Shown here piece after piece: positions 35,200 through 37,811 of a stretch of 37,811 nt of DNA; position 1 is the stretch's first letter; the number at the start of each line of letters is the position of its first letter. Where the stretch lies: NCBI GenBank assembly GCA_016235455.1, contig JACRKZ010000148.1, positions 1-37,811 on the forward strand. Direction: 5' to 3'. The position numbers and the translations under genes are program-made. Source of the DNA: Armatimonadota bacterium. Lineage in GTDB: Bacteria; Armatimonadota; UBA10988. A model generated the notes under the pieces. It saw only the letters and a program-made list of their open reading frames with translations, was not told where the DNA came from and made no database searches.

Positions 35200-37811
35200 A
35201 TCCGCCTCCGTCGAGCGCTCGTTCGGTGGTCGCCACCGCATAGGTCTGACCGGCCTCGTTGACCAGCGCGCTGGCGACCAGCGACACCGCCACCGTGCGT
35301 CCGTCCTTGGCCAGGCGTTGGGCATCGCACGGTTGAACCCCCCGGCCAGTAGCCGGTCCATGCACCAGCGCGGCCAGGTCGAGCGGCTCGCCCGTAGGCC
35401 GCAACAGCGGCAGCGGACGGGCCAACGCCTCGGCCTCGGTCCAGCCGTACAGGCGCTCCGCGCCGGGGTTCCAGGCCACGATGCGGCCGGCGATGTCCTG
35501 CACCGTGACCGCGTCGTTGGAGTCGCGGACCACGGCTGCCAGCCGGCGCAGGGCGTCGGTCTCGCGCAGCAGGTCGCGCGCCTGGCGCGTCTCGGTGATG
35601 TCGGTGAAGGTGATCACCGCGCCCTCAATGACGTTTTCCAGCGTGCGATAGGGCCTGATGCGCAGCAGGAACCACGCGCCCTCGCGGCTCTGCACCTCGA
35701 TGTCGCGCGGCGTGAGGGTGTCGAGCACCGCCTCCACATCGGCCACCAGCGAGTCGTAGCCCACCAGATTCGGCACGATGTGGCCCAGCGGCCGGCCGAC
35801 ATCCGTGCCGATCAGGTTGATCACCTGCGTCACCGACGGTGTGAACCGCTTGATCAGCAGGGCATGGTCGACGAACACCGTGCCCACACCGGAGCCGGCC
35901 AGCAGGTTGACCATGTCGTTGTTGACCCGCGACAGGTCGGCCACACGCTGCTGCAGTTCGGCGTTAACCGTGGCCAGCTCCTCGTTGACCGACTGGAGTT
36001 CCTCCTTGGAGGTCTCGAGTTCCTCGTTGGTCGATTGCAGTTCTTCGTTGACGGACTGCATCTCCTCATTCGAGCACTTGAGTTCCTCGTTGGTGGTCTC
36101 CAACTCCTCATTGGTGGCCTGGAGGAAGTCCTCCTTGGCGCGCAGCTCGGTGCGTAGCGCGGCCAGGCGAGCGTCGGCTTCGCCGTCTCCGGACGCGTCG
36201 GCAGCGGCGCCCAGCGAGGCCGCCGCCAGCGGCTCGCGCTGGGGATCTGGCTCGATCAGGACGAGGAACAGCCGCGCCGGCGTGTCTCCGGCAGCGGCGA
36301 CCATCAGCGGCTTGACGGTCAGGTGGACGACCGTGAAGTCACCGTTGGTGCGCACCCGCAGGTCGGGGCGGACGACCGGCTCGGCCTGGGCGGCCGCCTC
36401 CGTCAACGCCGCGGCCAGGGCGTGGCGCAGCCCTTCGCGGGCCATCTTCACCGCGTTGAGCGTGGCCTCGCCGGGCGCCGGTTCCAGGTACTGGCCGCTG
36501 CGGCCGTGCAGGTACAGGATGTTGCCCTGCTCATCGGTCAGCGCGGCGACCGGCGCCAGGTGGTTGAGCAGGGCGCGTTCGGTGATCTCGCGGTAGCGGC
36601 TTCTGGGCCGACCAGCGTCAGCGTGGGGTGCCGGGTGGGCCGCCGGCTGCCCTTCGCGGTCGGGCAGCAGCAGGCCCAACGGGGTGCGCGGCGTGCCCGG
36701 CCCCTGGTCGCGCCGCGCATACAGCTTGGCCTTGCGGTCGAGGGCGGTGAACAAGTCGGCGAACTCGCCCACGGTCTCCGAGGTGCCCAGGAACAGCGCG
36801 CCGCCAGACTTGAGCCCGTAGTGGAACAGCGGGATGAGCCGATGCTGCAAGTCGGCCCCCATGTAGATCAGCAGGTTGCGGCAACTGATCAGGTCCAGCC
36901 GAGAGAACGGCGGGTCCTTGGCCACATCCTGCTCGGAGAAGACCAGCAGGTCGCGCATCTCCTTGCGGATGCGGTAGGTGGCGCCCTCGCTGTCCAGAGT
37001 GAAGAACCGGGCCAGCCGTTCGGGTGAGACGTCGGCGGCGATGCTCGCGGGGTACACTCCGGCGCGCGCCGTGGCCACCGCGCGGCTGTCGATGTCGGTG
37101 GCGAAGATCTGCACCTTGTGACCGCGACGCAGTGCCTCGGCCTTCTCCCAGAGCACCATGGCCAGCGAGTAAGCTTCCTCGCCCGTGGAGCAGCCCGGCA
37201 CCCAGACGCGCACCGGCGCGCCGGACGGGCGGCCCTCGAAGAGCTGCTCGTCGACCCACTTCTCCACCGCGGCGAAGGCCTCGGGGTCGCGGAAGAAGCT
37301 GGTCACGCCGATCAGCAGATCGCGGAACAGCTCCTCCACCTCTTCGGGGCTGCGCCGCAGGAACAGTTCGTAGTCGCTGCAATGCTCTATCTGCTGCACG
37401 GCCATGCGCCGTTCGATGCGCCGACGTACCGTGTTCTGCTTGTACTGCGAGAAGTCGTGGCCGGTCTGCTGGCGCAGCAGCACGAAGATGTGGTTCACAC
37501 TGGTATCGACCGGGGGCACGGCGTCCGCCGCGGGCCGCGGACCGCCAAAGGCGCGTGCTGCATAGGCCAGCAGTTGCGTCGGCATCTCCGCGGGCGGCAG
37601 TACCAGGTCCACCACGCCCGTGGCGATGACGCTGCGCGGCATGCCGTCGTGTTCGGTGGACTCAGGGCTCTGGGCCAGCACCAGGCCGCCTTCGCCCTTG
37701 ACCGCGCGTGCGCCGAGCGAGCCGTCGCTGCCCGTGCCCGACAGCACCACGCACATCGCGCGCTCGCCGAGCTCCTGGGCCAGAGAGCGGAAGAAGAAGT
37801 CGATGGGCAGC
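35189..37811 (-). CDS. CheB/CheR fusion protein with coiled coil and PAS domains (5' end outside the window)
   Basis: CheB tail LPIDFFFRSLA...VLSGTGSDG; CheR motifs DFSQYK, VTSFFRD, VWVPGCSTGEEAYS, LDLISCRNLLIY; NEELQSTNEELETSKEELQS coiled coil; PAS domains. Confidence 0.95.
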   Translation of the reverse strand, partial: LPIDFFFRSLAQELGERAMCVVLSGTGSDGSLGARAVKGEGGLVLAQSPESTEHDGMPRSVIATGVVDLVLPPAEMPTQLLAYAARAFGGPRPAADAVPPVDTSVNHIFVLLRQQTGHDFSQYKQNTVRRRIERRMAVQQIEHCSDYELFLRRSPEEVEELFRDLLIGVTSFFRDPEAFAAVEKWVDEQLFEGRPSGAPVRVWVPGCSTGEEAYSLAMVLWEKAEALRRGHKVQIFATDIDSRAVATARAGVYPASIAADVSPERLARFFTLDSEGATYRIRKEMRDLLVFSEQDVAKDPPFSRLDLISCRNLLIYMGADLQHRLIPLFHYGLKSGGALFLGTSETVGEFADLFTALDRKAKLYARRDQGPGTPRTPLGLLLPDREGQPAAHPAPHADAGRPRSRYREITERALLNHLAPVAALTDEQGNILYLHGRSGQYLEPAPGEATLNAVKMAREGLRHALAAALTEAAAQAEPVVRPDLRVRTNGDFTVVHLTVKPLMVAAAGDTPARLFLVLIEPDPQREPLAAASLGAAADASGDGEADARLAALRTELRAKEDFLQATNEELETTNEELKCSNEEMQSVNEELQSTNEELETSKEELQSVNEELATVNAELQQRVADLSRVNNDMVNLLAGSGVGTVFVDHALLIKRFTPSVTQVINLIGTDVGRPLGHIVPNLVGYDSLVADVEAVLDTLTPRDIEVQSREGAWFLLRIRPYRTLENVIEGAVITFTDITETRQARDLLRETDALRRLAAVVRDSNDAVTVQDIAGRIVAWNPGAERLYGWTEAEALARPLPLLRPTGEPLDLAALVHGPATGRGVQPCDAQRLAKDGRTVAVSLVASALVNEAGQTYAVATTERALDGGGYEQ

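Noticed and set aside
35975-36125. Short-period repeats (AACGAGGAA-like on the coding strand)
   Set aside because: They encode the standard NEEL heptad coiled coil of CheB/CheR fusions.

Overview
GC-rich bacterial chromosomal window with no rRNA, tRNA or CRISPR array visible. Left to right it holds: the 5' part of a glycyl-radical (PFL-like) enzyme that the ORF track missed; a PAS hybrid histidine kinase; a RAYT/Y1-type transposase whose catalytic Tyr appears replaced by His; a 57-aa RiPP-precursor-like peptide below the ORF-track cutoff; a VIT1/CCC1 transporter; several secreted hydrolase or carbohydrate-active-like proteins (two beta-helix proteins, an FAD oxidoreductase, a GH5-like enzyme, a PKD/nucleoside-hydrolase fusion); a URO-D-family protein and a Gfo/Idh/MocA oxidoreductase; two tandem secreted repeat proteins; a VOC protein; and a CheB/CheR fusion (5' end outside the window) followed by a PAS kinase. 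The two repeat proteins share a duplicated stalk of ~100-aa Calx-beta-like repeats and a terminator but have different heads: a C10 cysteine protease in one, and in the other an NHL propeller inserted inside a repeat. The NHL gene is frameshifted by an apparent 5-bp deletion. The best leads are the orphan precursor-like peptide and the swappable-head repeat-protein pair. All family calls come from reading motifs by eye; no searches were run.
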